Origin: Octopus vulgaris
Lineage: Eukaryota
Assembly: GCA_951406725.2 (NCBI GenBank)
Contig: OX597827.1
Span: 5,146,001 to 5,210,000, forward strand
Length of the DNA: 64,000 nucleotides
Direction: 5' to 3'
The notes below the pieces were generated by a model, which saw only the letters and a list, made by a program, of their open reading frames with translations, made no database searches and was not told the DNA's origin. A program made the position numbers and the translations under genes. Below, piece after piece: positions 26,269-40,588 of this stretch (positions are counted from its first letter, which is position 1; each line of letters starts with the position of its first letter).

Positions 26269-26272
<4 letters not shown>
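25962..26272 (+). mobile_element. SINE family 2 copy
   Basis: Reverse-complement homolog of 3724-4038. Confidence 0.85.
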
Positions 26273-26314
<42 letters not shown>

Positions 26315-26944
26315 GTGTATGTATATATATATGCATATATACATACATACATACATACATACATACATACATACACACATACATACACACAGGCAGACAG
26401 ACAGATAGATAGATATGTATATGAAAAGCTTCCACAAAATTTCCATCTATCAAATTTACTTACAAAACAACTGATTAGCACAGGGTTATTGGAGAAGACA
26501 CTTGTTCTAGGTACCATGCAGGGAAACTGAACTCAAAACCACATGTTGGTAAGCAAGTTTCTTAACCACACAGCTAATTATAGAATAAGAGAAGTCAATT
26601 AAATCTTCCTGACGACCATGCTTGTATTAGAGTGGACCATAAATAAGTTTGCTCTGCTTTGTCGCTCAAATTCTTCATTTAGTCACTTTGTATCGCATTT
26701 TTATGAACCACAAAGGGTAGTTGATTACAGGTTGTCAGTCAGGATATAGGAAGTTGGCAGGCAATTATGGTTCACTGCATTTGTTATTTTACAAAAATGA
26801 TGAGGGAGAGTCTGTGCAAATTGGGTGGAACAAATAATCCACATGGGATTTTTACTTGGAAACAGTTGTTTAACAGTTTTCTTGCCAATATTTACAGCTT
26901 TTGCTGAGATACTTTTGTGAAAAACTCTCTGTCCCCGCGCTCTC

Positions 26945-27004
<60 letters not shown>

Positions 27005-28729
27005 TAAATTATCAAAGTTGTTAAAGCACTGGATATGGTATCTTGTCATATTTGGATAGAGTATCTTGTTGTGTGTGTGCTCAAAGTTCCAATCTCATCA
27101 AGGTCAGTTGTGTCTTTTATCCTTTTGTGGGGTCAATAAATAAAGTGCTGGTCAAATACTTTGGCCTTTTCTTTCTTTCTTATCTCCTTCTCTCTCTCTC
27201 ACACACACACACAGAGCCATAACTTGAGTGTGTCCTGCCTTGGGCAACCCTTATGCTTGTTCAGTATCATTTGTTACACGTACTGGTGGTTTTATTCCCT
27301 GGTAGGATGTTATCCTTCAAATAAACAAACAGCTTGTTGAAATGAATAGAAATATCAAGACTTATCTCAGCTATATCAGCGCTGATTGAGAAGATCTATA
27401 ATACAAAAATATTTTAGTCACGACCATTCTCTCCTCTTTCCTGTATAACATTGATTACACTATCCCAAAGTATTTCCTTCTTTAAGGTGATGGGATATAA
27501 ATCGAGAGGCATTTAGCTGTTATTTCTAGCAGAGGTGTTCCAACATGGGCACATGTCAAAGCATTTAAATATTGTTTATAAACAAGTTATTGGTTTTAGT
27601 TTGGAGTGTGAATAGTGTTTTGGGAGGAATTATTGATATGTCTCTGTTCTCAAAAGTATGGGCCATGTGCCTAACTTAGAAACAATAAAGGCAGCAAACT
27701 GGTAGAAATATAAGAATGCCAGACCAAATGTTTTGAAGTATTTCTTCTTCTTCCCTTTTACTTTCTTAGTTCAAATTCCACAGAGGTCAACTTTGCCTTT
27801 AATCCTTTTGGAGCTGATAAAATCAATATCAATCAAAGTAAGTGACTATCCCTCAACCCCTAAAATTAGTGGACTTGTGTCAAAATTGGAAAGAATTATT
27901 ATCCTTCAGATGATTGAGGAAATAAGTAACAGTTAAGTATTAGACTTAGTATAACCAATTGTCTCGGTCTCCTAAGTGTCTGACTTTGTGCCTTGGTAGA
28001 ATCATTTGAGTGTTGGACATAATACTTTGCAGTGTTTGTTGTAACTGTTTATGTTCAAAGCTCAGATCTTGCTGAGGTGCACATACACAGTGGTAACTGA
28101 GTCAGAGTCTTAGAGTCATAAGCTGAATGCAAACCAGTGCTACAATGCTTCCCAATAGTCAAACAGAAACCAATATGGTATGTTAGGGTAGTGAAAATAA
28201 AAGACAACAGAATTTCACTGATTAACAAATACAACAAAATCTACTCAATATTTCAACAGATGATATTATCCAACGGTTATTGTAAATCAATTATACTTAG
28301 GATATTGCCAAATAATCTGCTAGATATTATTGGTTGGTAAACACACCAGCATTGGTTGTTAAGCGATGTTGGGGGGACAAACACAGACACACAAACATAT
28401 ACACACAGATACATATATATATAGCATACAAGGGAGATCATCATTTCTTTGTAGTATTTGGTGGGATTAAAAGTTTGAATTCGAAATTACGGAATAAAGA
28501 AAAAAAGTTGCTTAGAAAATGCATTTATTTCTTTTTATGCTTAATCATTATGAAGTTCTTAAAATTTCTAAAGAGTGATACTCATGCGTAACACTATTTC
28601 ATTCTATTTTAGAAATCATCAATATGACATAACCTGAGGTATATTAACACAGCTGTAAATATGCAACTTCAGAGATGGCAAATATTACACATTTGGCTTA
28701 AATGGTGATCATCTAGTGTACTTACACTT

Positions 28730-29066
28730 GCTTCCTTATGAGAGCTCAAAATCTCTCGTGGAAGCGTCATCCAACCAAAGTACAAATATATGGGAAATTA
28801 CCACCTGTATCATCTCTTGTTAAAGGTAGAGGAGTCCAGTTTGCTGGACATTGTTGTAGCGCTGAAAACGAGGTAATTTCTACTCTTCTCCTCTGGAAGC
28901 CATCTACTCACGATACCAGAGGGCACACACTCTCCTACCCTGATGTAATCTCCAGGGATACAGGCATCCAGCAACGGGACCTCCGTAATGCTATGATGGA
29001 CCGTGAAGTCTGGTGTAACATAGTAAATTCCATTGTCTCGACCACGGTCGAACAATGATGATGATG
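28730..29066 (+). mobile_element. LINE 3' fragment (RTE/RTEX-like) with (TGA)n tail
   Basis: RAQNLSWKRHPT...QFAGHC...LLLWKP...AMMDREVW...VEQ*, followed directly by TGATGATGA. Confidence 0.8.
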
Positions 29067-30639
29067 AGTGTACTTAAATCTGAGGAAACCATACAAAAAA
29101 AAAACAAACACCTGCAACAAATATTCTTTAAATATTGCCCCAGTTTCCATTTTGATGAAGAATATTTGTAGTTGTTTGAACCTTGTTTTAGCAGTAGAAG
29201 AAAATTGAATTATCACCAATGGAACCATTGATACAATTCTGTACACTATGTGTTGCAAGGTACTTGACTATAATCATTAAACACTTATGATTGGGAGATA
29301 GGAGCACTCACTGTAGGATTAGCCAAGGGTACTGAATACCCTGGTATTGTCCCTGTTCAGACATGATGTAAAAAGGATATTTTCAGAAGCAATTGACCAT
29401 TTTATATTAATTTTTTCAATTAATTTTTTTCTTTTGTATATTTAGGCGCAGGTGTGGCTGTGTGGTAAGAATCTTGCTTTCCAACCACATGGTTCTGGAT
29501 TCAGTCCCACTGCATGGCACCTTGGGCAAGTGTCTTCTACTATACCCTTGGACTGATCAAAGCCTTGCGAGTGGGTTTGGTAGATAGAAACCAGAAACTG
29601 AAAGAAGCCTGTCATATGTGTGTGTGTGTGTGTGTGTGTGTGCCTGTGTAAGTGTCTTTGTCTCTGTGTTTGTCCTCCACACCCACTTGACAGCTGGTTT
29701 TGGTGTGTTTACACCCCTTATCTCAGCATTTCAGCAAAAGAATAAGTACTAGGCTTAAAAAAGAAAAAAAGTCCTGATATTAATTTGTTTGACTAAACCC
29801 CTTCAAGGTGTTGCACTAGTATGGCCACACTCAAATGACTGAAACAAATAAAAGATTAAAGATAAAGATAGGATGGTCAATTATTACTGAAAATATTCTT
29901 TTTGATCATCAGTGATGTTTTGCCTTGGAAAATCTATATTTGCAGAAAGAAATGCTCTTCAAAATCATTGCATGTTTTTATATAAATATATATGATATAT
30001 GTATGGAGGGATAGATTGGTGGGTGTATCTATGTAATATCTATGTACGTTTGTATACTTGTATACATTTACAGACTTACACAATGGACTTCAACACAATT
30101 TCTGCAACTAAATTTTCACTTGTAAAAGTTAATTAAGCAATTTTTCCTCTTGTAGAAAGCTTTTTAGTCAAGGTTCTCCTACAGTGGTTGAACTTGCAAC
30201 CATGCAGTTATAAACTACTTAGACATACTGTTTTATCACCAACCGCATATCATTCTGCTTTCTGTTTCTTCCTAAAAGCTTATGGTAACCAATAGATACA
30301 TTAACCTTTAAAAATATTCATTTTATAGAAATCTGTTTAGATCAGAACACAATAACATCATAGGTTGTTTCCTGGGTTGTGGATGTTTAAGTAATTCCAA
30401 CAGTTGCCAAATGAATTAGAAGTAATTACATCATTCTGTGTATTACAGAATAACTCTAAGATTATAAACAGTATTGTTCCACTGATTTAAATGATAGATA
30501 AGTTCTTAAAATACATTTTATACCTCAATTAAATCTCAGTACAAAACACTTAATGAAATGATAATGATAATGTTTAATTAATTTCCTGTGAAGGTCATCT
30601 TAAAACTATAATTTTCTTTTTTGAAATTTATTTCTTAGA

Positions 30640-30968
<329 letters not shown>

Positions 30969-31465
30969 AACACACATACAGGTTCTCCGTATGTTTTCAG
31001 TATAAATATATGATGTATAAAAAGCAATAATAACTCTTAAATTAAATCATATTTTAAAATGGTTTCTTCTCATCCATCAAAAACTGTATATTTTGAATGT
31101 TTTTCATTAAAAGAATTTATTGATAGTGATGGGTAAGAATTCAGTTGTTAAGACAATAGATCATAAGAGAACTGGATTTGAGTTCTTTAAAAACATTACC
31201 AGAACAAATCTGTCAAAAGTTATTACTTTTAATATCAGAGTAATACAGAATAGGTTTTTGAAATGGAAATTTAACTTCAACATCAGAAATGGAATTAAAA
31301 CTAACATTTGCTTGGAATGGAAAATAATCCTATGCTCTCTCTCTCTCTCTCTCCCTCTCTCCCTCTCTCTCTCCCTCTCTCTCTCACTCTCTCTCTCTCT
31401 CTCTCACACACACATACACACACATACATGCACACACACACATGCACACAATATGTATGTATGCG

Positions 31466-31547
<82 letters not shown>

Positions 31548-31971
31548 AAATATATAATGGGACAAGAATGCAAAATATCCAGACAACTAGGTGATACAGT
31601 TCACTCTCCCCACCACATACACACATGCGATGGACCATAGCAATAAAACAAATATTTTTTCTATTCTTTCTGTAATTATTATATTTCTTTTATATTTCTT
31701 TTTATTTCTACTAATATTGGTTTCAAATTTTGGCAAAAGCCCAGCAGTTTTGGGGCAGAGGAAAAGTCAATTACGTTGACCCCAGTGCTCAACTGGTACT
31801 TATCTTATCGACCCTGAAAAGATAGAAGGCAAAGTTGACCTTGGTGGAATTTGAACTCAGAATGTAAAGACAGTAATGATTCTGTCAGTTGGCCACCTTT
31901 TTTATTCTAATATTACTTAAACACATGCACACATACACACATACATATATACATATATATAAATATATATA

Positions 31972-32357
31972 TACTCTTTTTTTTTACTTGTTTCAGTCAT
32001 TTGACTGCGGCCATGCCGGAGCACCGCCTTTAGTCGAGCAAATCGACCCCGGGACTTATTCTTTGTAAGCCCAGTACTTATTCTATTGGTCTCTTTTGCC
32101 GAACCGCTAAGTGACGGGGACGTAAACACACCAGCATCGGTTGTCAAGCAATGCTAGGGGGAGAAACACACACACACAAACACACACACATACACATATA
32201 TACATATATATATACATATATACGACAGGCTTCTTTCAGTTTCCGTCTACCAAATCCACTCACAATGCACTTGCCCAAGATGCCATGCAGTGGGACTGAA
32301 CCCGGAACCATGTGGTTGGTTAGCAAGCTACTTACCACACAGCCACTCCTGCGCCTG
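31972..32357 (-). mobile_element. SINE family 1 copy abutting the PLE 5' truncation point
   Basis: Family match with a small internal deletion. Confidence 0.9.
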
Positions 32358-32364
32358 TGTGTAA

Positions 32365-34804
32365 CTCCTCCACCACCCTTCTCCCCTCCCGATAGGCTCC
32401 ATCCACCCACACCTAACCCCACTGCCCCTCCCTACAACCCCTTCTCCCCTCCCTACAACCCCTTCTCCCCTCCCGTTAGGCTCCATCCACCTACACCTAA
32501 CCCTACTGCCCCGCCCCAACCACCCCCCACACACCTCTCCAATCCCTCCCCCTCAGACCTCCACGAGACCTACCACCCCTCCTACTTCTATTCCATCCAC
32601 CCCTTCTCCACTTCCGTCTGTTGTTACCATTCCCCCCGATCTTCCCCTCTCTGCGGCTGAACGCTCCGTCCTTGGTAGGGGTCTGCGTTTCATCCCCCTC
32701 ACTCCATCCTGTAAGGAATTCCAGACGCGAGTTGATGTCCACAGCTTTGTGCGCCGTGTCCGGTTGGGTGTGCATTACCACGACTCGCCACCCACACCCA
32801 ACGAAGAGGACGACTGCTTCACTGGCCTGGGCCACCGACCATCCCCGTGGACGCCTGCCCCTGGCCAGATCCTAGCAGTGGATCTTTTCGCGGGCGCTTG
32901 TCAGCGTGCATTGGAGCGGTTCAACTTCTCCAGGCGCCAACGCCGCCTCAACATCTCCCCGGCTGAGCTCTTGGCTCTTCGTTCCCTCCAACGGCGCGCT
33001 GACATTATCATCAAACCGGCTGACAAGGGTGGAGCTGTAGTGGTGTGGCGCGCGGACCTCTATAGGGCCGAGGCTTTCCGCCAACTCAATGACACCTCCT
33101 TCTATTCCCCTCTGCCCTCTAACCCCACACGTAGCTACCAACAGACGGTATCCTCTACTGTCCAAGACCTCATCTCGTCCTCCCGTCTCCCCCGCACCGC
33201 ATCCAACCTAATTGTGCGAACCCCACGTACCTCCACCATTTACTTCCTCCCCAAAATCCACAAACCCAACAACCCTGGCCGCCCCATCGTCTCCGCCTGT
33301 AACTGCCCCACGGAGCTCATCTCTAAATACCTCGACCGTGTCCTTGCCCCCTAGTGGCATCTCTTCCCTCCCACATCCACGATACCAACCATGCTCTCCG
33401 GCTTTTCAACTCTTTCTCCTTTCCTCCCGGCTCCTCCAAAATCCTTTTTACTATGGACATCCAAAGCCTCTATACTGTTATCCCTCACCACGAAGGACTG
33501 CAGGCCCTTCGACACTTTCTTGACCTCCGCTCTAACCCTGTACCTGACACCTCCACACTCATTCGTCTGGCCGAACTTGTCCTTACTCTGAACTGCTTCT
33601 CGTTCGCGGGCGAGTTCTACCATCAGGTCTCGGGAGTGGCCATGGGAACGCGAATGGGCCCCAACTATGCGAACCTGTTCGTTGGCTATGTTGAGGCCCA
33701 AATATTCTCTAATTTCACTGGTCCCACTCCTGAACTATATGGTCGTTATATTGACGACATTATCGGTGCCACCTCACTCTCCCGCGAACATCTAGATTCC
33801 TTCCTCTCTTTCGTCCAATCTTTCCATCCAGCCCTCCACTTCACTTCCACTATCTCCAACACCTCTGTCTCCTTCCTCGACATTTCGGTTAGCATTCTTC
33901 ACTCCACTCTTACCACCTCCATTCACTACAAACACACAGACTCACACTCATACCTCAACTTCTCTTCCTCCCACCCAGAACACACCAAGCTTTCCATCCC
34001 CTATTCCCAATTCCTCCGTCTACGTAGGCTCTGTAGTGACGACCATGACTTTGAGACTCAGTCTCAACGTATGGCTCACCACTTCACCCTACGTGGATAC
34101 CCCCTCACCACTATCCACACCGCCCTTGCCAGAGCACGGTCCGTGGACCGTGTATCTGCTCTCTCTCCCCGAACCCGCCCTGTAGTCTCCCGCCTCCCTT
34201 TTCCCCTCACTTACCACCCCACGACCCTACGTCTCCAACGCACCATTCTTCGAGCTTTCCGTCATCTCCAGTCCGACCCGTCCACTTCACACCTCTTCCC
34301 TAACCGACCCCTCCCCTCTTTCAAACGAGCCCACAACCTTCGGGACCTTTTGGTCCATAGCTCCTTCCCTGACCCTACCTCCCAACCCGGCTAGTTCCCC
34401 TGCTCCCGCCCACATTGCCGCACTTGCCCTTACATCTCCAACACCACCCGCCTCACTAGCACCCACCATCGACCCTATCCCATCATCCACTCCTTCACCT
34501 GCACCTCCAGCAATATTATCTATTGCATCTCTTGCTCTCTCTGCAATTCCTTGTACATCGGACAAACGGGACGCCGCTTGGCTGACCGGTTCGCGGAACA
34601 CCTTCGTGACATCCACCTTGCGAACGACACACCGGTCTCACGCCATTTCCGCTCAACCGGTCACTCCTTGCAACACCTATCTGTGTTCGGTTTGTCCTTA
34701 CACAGAGGCCATCCGGATTCCCGTTTGCGCCGTGAACAGGAATTAATCTTCTCTCTTCGCTCTTATACGCCATTCGGTCTCAACTCTCCCCCCTCCTCAT
34801 CTAA
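32365..34804 (+). pseudogene. PLE reverse transcriptase / GIY-YIG endonuclease ORF with three lesions
   Basis: The frame is open from 32365 through ERSVLGRGLRFIP to 33354. Lesions are a -1 frameshift in a C run at ~33350 (VLAP/LVASL), an in-frame TAG at 34392-34394 (TTG/Leu in the 22 kb copy) and a -1 shift in a C run at ~34790 just before the natural TAA (34802-34804; GLNSPSLFI* in the 22 kb copy). Confidence 0.92.
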
Positions 34805-35395
34805 CCTCACCCCCTCCTCACCTATCCTTTCTCCCCCGACCCCTACTTCTTCAGTCCTTCATCCTTTCACCCCTACTCCCCTTCCCTTCTTCCCTCTTTC
34901 TCCCTCCCTCTTCCCCTTCCCTCTGCTCCCTCACTCCCTCTCTCCCCTTCTCTCTCCCCCTCTCCCTCTTTCCTCCTTCATCCCCCTCATCCCCTTCCTT
35001 CTCCCCCATCCTCTCCTCTCCCCCTTCTCCTCCCCTCCTCTTCCCCTCCCCTTCTCTCCCCCTCTTCTCTCCCTCCCCCTCTTCTCCCCCTCCCCCTCTT
35101 CTCCTCACTACACTACATGACTTTACACATCACATCACATATGATGTGCCATACTAATACACACACCAACTAATACCTACTAATACGTACTAATACATAC
35201 TAGTACATACTAATACTTACACCAACCCTATACATACACACGTCCAGACCCCGCATACGCACTTATACTCTCTCACACACACACACACACACCTATACAT
35301 ACCAATACGTACTAATACATACTAATACATACTAATACATACACCAACCCCATACATACGCACGTCCAGACCAATCTTACGCACTAATACTCTCT

Positions 35396-35430
<35 letters not shown>

Positions 35431-35666
35431 ATACATACTAATACATACACCAACCCTATACATACACACATCCAGACCCCTCCCACGCACTTTTAGCTGG
35501 TCCCTCAACCCTTTTATCAACCCTATTATCTCCCCTTATTTCGCTCTCGCGTCTCATGTTTGATCTTTGACCTCTGGCCGAAATCAGATCGCCATGTTGA
35601 TTCGTTAGCTACTGCACGCATTTTTTTTTTTCTCTCCTTCTTTCTGTGTTTTTCTCTCTCTGTGTA

Positions 35667-35704
35667 TCTTTCTGTTGAAGAGCGTAGGCTCGAAACGTTA
35701 AAGA
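35667..35704 (+). ncRNA. Minimal type I hammerhead ribozyme motif (core variant CUGUUGA)
   Basis: TCTTT-CTGTTGA-A-GAGC(GTAG)GCTC-GAAACGTT-AAAGA: stem I TCTTT/AAAGA, stem II GAGC/GCTC, palindromic ACGT in place of stem III. Confidence 0.75.
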
Positions 35705-36539
35705 CTTGTTTTATTTATATTTCCTGAGCGCCATACTAATACAATTGTTCGTTTGTTTTCCACCTGCCTTCGTCTTTTGTTTATTTTCATAAAGCTTCCC
35801 GTTATATATATATATATATATATGAGGCATGTATGTGTATATGTATGTGCATGCATATACATGTATGAATATATTTATGGATGTGCATGAGCATGCATGT
35901 ATATATATATATATATATGTACGTGTATGTATATGCATGTATATATGTGTGTGTATATGTATGCATATGCACACGTGTATATGTACACGTGTGCATGTGT
36001 ACGTATGTCATTATACCTTCTTTCCTCCTCTCTGGTTCCTACCTATCACACTAACCTATACTATCACATACATCTATTTATAGAAATTTGACATCCTTCT
36101 ATTCTTCTCTCCTCTTTAAACTTTACTACTAAAATTACTACTCAGTTTGGTAACACCCCACTCATAACTTCACTTTACCCATCCCTTAATGCAGCTCTAT
36201 CATATCACCCCTACTCACACAGCTCACAGTTATTCACTCCTCCTCTTCTCATCTCTCCTCCTATCCCTCCCCCACTCCTCTCCCATCCCCTCCTCACATT
36301 ATCTTGACCACCAGCTAACACTCCTTTTTTCACTTCTTTCACCCTCTCTTCACTGTTTTCTTTTCACTCTTTTCACTTTTTCTCTCTTTCTTCCTCTCAT
36401 TTTCTTTTCCTATTTTCATTTTGACCTATCTCCCCATTCTAAACATACACATCTCTCCCCATCCCCTATCTGTCCACAAATGCTACCAATACATTCTCAA
36501 ATTTTCGTTCACACAACAAGACCCTTTCGAATGAGTAAC

Positions 36540-36925
36540 ACAGAATCCACGGCTCTATAATTTGAAATGACTAAACATGAACTACTATTGGAGCTTATAC
36601 ACCATGTATAGGAAACATTTTTACCACTTCTATACTCCACTTTCCTCGATTAGTGGAACTGCAACTACAATATCTTTATATATTTCATATTTTTATTTCT
36701 ACTTTCATTCTCTTATTTCCCTGTATATTCCCTATCTCCCCTTTTTCTATAACAATTCCTTATTTTTAACTCAAATATTTACCTCTGTTTAACAATCTCA
36801 CATCGTCTCTGATGAAGAGATATCCATAATATCCCCCAAAACATCTGTAAGCCTATATATCGTTTTCCTTATAAATGTCCTGAAAACTCCTCCCAGCCTT
36901 AGTTTTGTTATCTCATTTTGTCAAA
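36540..36925 (+). mobile_element. Degenerate PLE-like 3' region with decayed hammerhead (36805-36852)
   Basis: GTCT-CTGATGA-A-GAGATAT(CCATA)ATATCCC...AAAACATCTGTA-AGCC. Homologous to 45900-46200 and ends at (TA)n. Confidence 0.55.
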
Positions 36926-36927
36926 TT

Positions 36928-37067
<140 letters not shown>

Positions 37068-37502
37068 GTTTATTTCCATTAGGCAGCAAGGATATTTAAA
37101 TTCAGTTTTATCTTCAGTAAATCTAAATTTTGCAACCTCTATATGTAAGTAGAAATAAAAGTTTGAAAAATCACTGAGTTATTTAAGAAATCGCTATTAA
37201 TATTCTGCTAAGATATTTCTAAGGGTTAACAAATATATTAGTTTTAAGTAGAACATGCTTAAATAGTTATGGAAGTTTATTGCAGGCTATCAGATTTAGA
37301 ATATTCTGTTTAGTGTTATTTAATTCGAGCAAACATGGCAGACAGAATGGAAATAATGATTTGTTGAAAAAAGCAAAAAGGCAGCAGGAAGATGAAAAAT
37401 ATCTCACTGGTTGAATTTATACACACATGCGTATGTGTGAGTATGAGTGTGTATACATATAAATATATATGTGTGTATATATTTGTGTGTGTGTGCATGT
37501 GC

Positions 37503-37561
<59 letters not shown>

Positions 37562-38589
37562 ATACATATATATATATATATACAAAATCTTATTTTAACA
37601 ATAAAAGTAGTGATAAAAATAGCTGCAGACTATCATTAGGTAAGTTATTTATAAGAATTCATGTATTAACTTCTAGCTTCTAGTGTTAATAACTATAATT
37701 TCTCTTAAAGGCATTAATAATGCATTTAACATCACATTTATTTTTAAGTTAACTGACAGTCAACACATATGATCTGTATGTATGTGTGTGTTGCTCAAAC
37801 TGTCTTCAAAATATCCATCATTTGAAGACTGAATATAGATTAGTTATTATAGGCTGCATTGATTGGATTATCAATGTCAGTTTTTCTGTTTCTATTCACA
37901 CTACATTTTGACTAGTAAAGTCTCTACCTATTTTCGGGTGCCATAGTTTTACCACTTATGCATGCTTACAGATGAATTTGAACTACAAATTTTTTTTTCA
38001 TTTGTAATATATCATCTTTTTGCACTTAACCACTTGTCTAAAAGTATTGAGTTATTAATCATTTTGTAACAGAAGGATCTTGCCGACTGAATAATTGAAA
38101 TATTATACATCATCTTGAAGGTTCAAACAGTATACAGTAAATGTTTACAATATTGTTGTTGGTGGTGGTGATGGTGGTAGTGGTGTTTTGCCTGCAAGTC
38201 AGTCCTGATTGAACAGATCTAGCATCAGAAGATGAAGATTCATGGCCTAATGGTAAGACTGTTGGATGCATGATCACTAGGTTATAGGCTCAGTTCTTGG
38301 ACTAAGTGGTATGTTGTGTCCTTGGACAAAGCACTTCATTTTACTTCAGTCCAGTCCATTCAGCTGAAAATGAGTTATGTCTGCTTTAGAGTGGCACCTT
38401 GCAGACTTTTAGACTAAATTCTTGTGATTACAAAATCTCAGCAGCTCTTTATGGCTACAACACACTAGTTGATGATAGTTATCAAAAGCGTTCATCTTGT
38501 CTTTTGTTTTTCAGGAATAATGTGCATTAGACCACATTTATTAAATGTGCCTGGCTCTTAGTTATTAAGCCCTATTGGAACCATATCTT

Positions 38590-39001
38590 TCTCTTTTTTA
38601 CTCTTTTTACTTGTTTCAGTCATTTGATTGCAGCCATGCTGGAGTACCGCCTTTAATCGAGCAACTAGACCCCGGGACTTATTCTTTTGTAAGCCCAGTA
38701 CTTATTCTATCGGTCTCCTTTGCCGAACCACTAAGTAACGGGGACATAAACACACCAGCATCGGTTGTCAAGCAATGCTAGGGGGACAAACACAGAAATA
38801 CAAACACACACACACACATATATACATATATATATACGATGGGCTTCTTTCAGTTTCCGCCTACCAAATCCACTCACAAGGCTTTGGTCGGCCCGAGGCT
38901 ATAGTAGAAGACACTTGCCCAAAGTGCCACACAGTGGGACTGAACCCGGAACCATGTGGCTGGTAAACAAGCAACTTACCACACAGCCACTCCTACGCCT
39001 A
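38590..39001 (-). mobile_element. SINE family 1 copy
   Basis: Full-length family match. Confidence 0.9.
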
Positions 39002-40536
39002 TATCTTTAAGAATTTTTTAAAATTATCATGAGAAATTTTTTAAAATAACCATTTTTTCAATTACTGGTGTAGGAAACACATTCTTACATAAAATCATAA
39101 AAGGAAAATTCAGTTCATTTATGAATACTTTAGAAGAAGCAGTTCTGTATTTTTGAAGCCAGGTGACCTCAGAAAGATTGGTGTAAGAAAAGAAGTCTGG
39201 TTTGGGGGGAGAATTGGTTATCATTTCTATTAGGATGGACGACCACATGGAAACCTCTTTAAGTAGCCTTACTAACCAACTTCAGTAGTACTTAGCTAGT
39301 TTTGGTTCCATTTGTACATGTAAAATGGGACTATCCATTGAGGGTTATAAGACTGGGGATGCTGTGACTATCATGCCTTCCGTGATTGTGTTTGAGATGT
39401 AAACAAAGTAAGATTTCATATGGGAATTAAAATCAGCTTATAGCTATATATCTAAATCAAGCTTATCTCTATCATACTACAGTCAAGATTATTTGACCAA
39501 TACAAAACTAGTTAGTAATCTGAGATTAAATAGAGATTCATGTGAATTCTGCTATACTTTAATGCAATACTTATTAAATAGTTTGTTTCACTAAAGCTAG
39601 TTGATTAACAATTCCACTTCACATTTGAGTATTTGGTATCAAAATGAAGATATAACATAAAAAGTCTCCTGTAATGTTTACAAATATGTATACTTGTAAA
39701 AATATATCCAACTGAAGTTCATAATCAAAACATCTGTATTAAAAGATAAAATAAAAACTATTCTAATATCAAATACCTTTTAATGATTTCATTATATTTG
39801 TTATTTTGGAATAAACTATATTATATATACTTATATCAGTAATTTCTTTTTTTTCAATAGAATACATTTTTGTATTAAGAAGTTGTTTTGGAAGACACAT
39901 AAAGTTCATTGGTTTGCTAAGATGACTGATGAGTCTGGTGAAAAAAACCTTATTAGTCCTGCTTGTTCTGGTATAAAATCCATCTCTTCATTGAATAGAT
40001 TATCACTATGATGCCTCTAATTTAAATTCACTGAGTGACTCAGCTTCGTTTTTAGCCTCCTATTATTTCCATCTCAGTGATTCAAGAATTACTTTCTACC
40101 CAACAATGTGATGCTGCATAAAAAAGTCTTGATTGTCAAATTTTACCAGCTGAGCATTCCATTGTAATGTCTTTTGCCAAATATATTTATATCTGTCATA
40201 AAACTAACATTAACACTGCGAAAATTATTATAATCTTTTAAATAACACTTGCCAGAATATAATATAGTTAAGTGGTTTTCTTTATTGTTCTTTAATAGGA
40301 AATATATGGCAAGATTTTGTATATTGAATAACCCTTATGTGACCCAACCGTTTCAGTGCATAAATAAGAATACCGCATCTGAACGGTATCAGAATGAATT
40401 TACTAAATCAATAAAAATATTCACTTTCATGTAGCGCCTTCAGAGATAATGGATATGACCTCACTTATAAGAGGAATTTCATAGCAAAACTTGTAATTTT
40501 ATATAGTTCTTTTTAAATAATGAGAAGTTATTATTA

Positions 40537-40588
<52 letters not shown>

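Larger units (their letters stand above)
32365..35801 (+). mobile_element. Penelope-like retroelement (Neptune-type), 5'-truncated, nearly intact ORF plus 3' UTR and hammerhead-bearing terminal repeat
   Basis: RT motifs KPADKGGAVVVW, IYFLPKIHKPNNPGRPIVS, LFTMDIQSLYTVIP, GVAMGTRMGPNYANLF, YGRYIDDI and VSFLDISV. These are followed by a Cys linker CSRPHCRTC and GIY-YIG motif NIIYCISCSLCNSLYIGQTGR, then a C/T-rich UTR, an HHR motif and an end abutting (TA)n. Confidence 0.95.

Noticed and set aside
34392-34394. Programmed stop-codon readthrough between RT and endonuclease
   Set aside because: The sister copy has a sense codon (TTG) here, so a point mutation is the simpler explanation.
34551-35120. 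Pro/Leu/Ser-rich C-terminal extension of the endonuclease ORF
   Set aside because: This is read-through into the pyrimidine-rich UTR caused by a 1-nt deletion. The sister copy stops at GLNSPSLFI.
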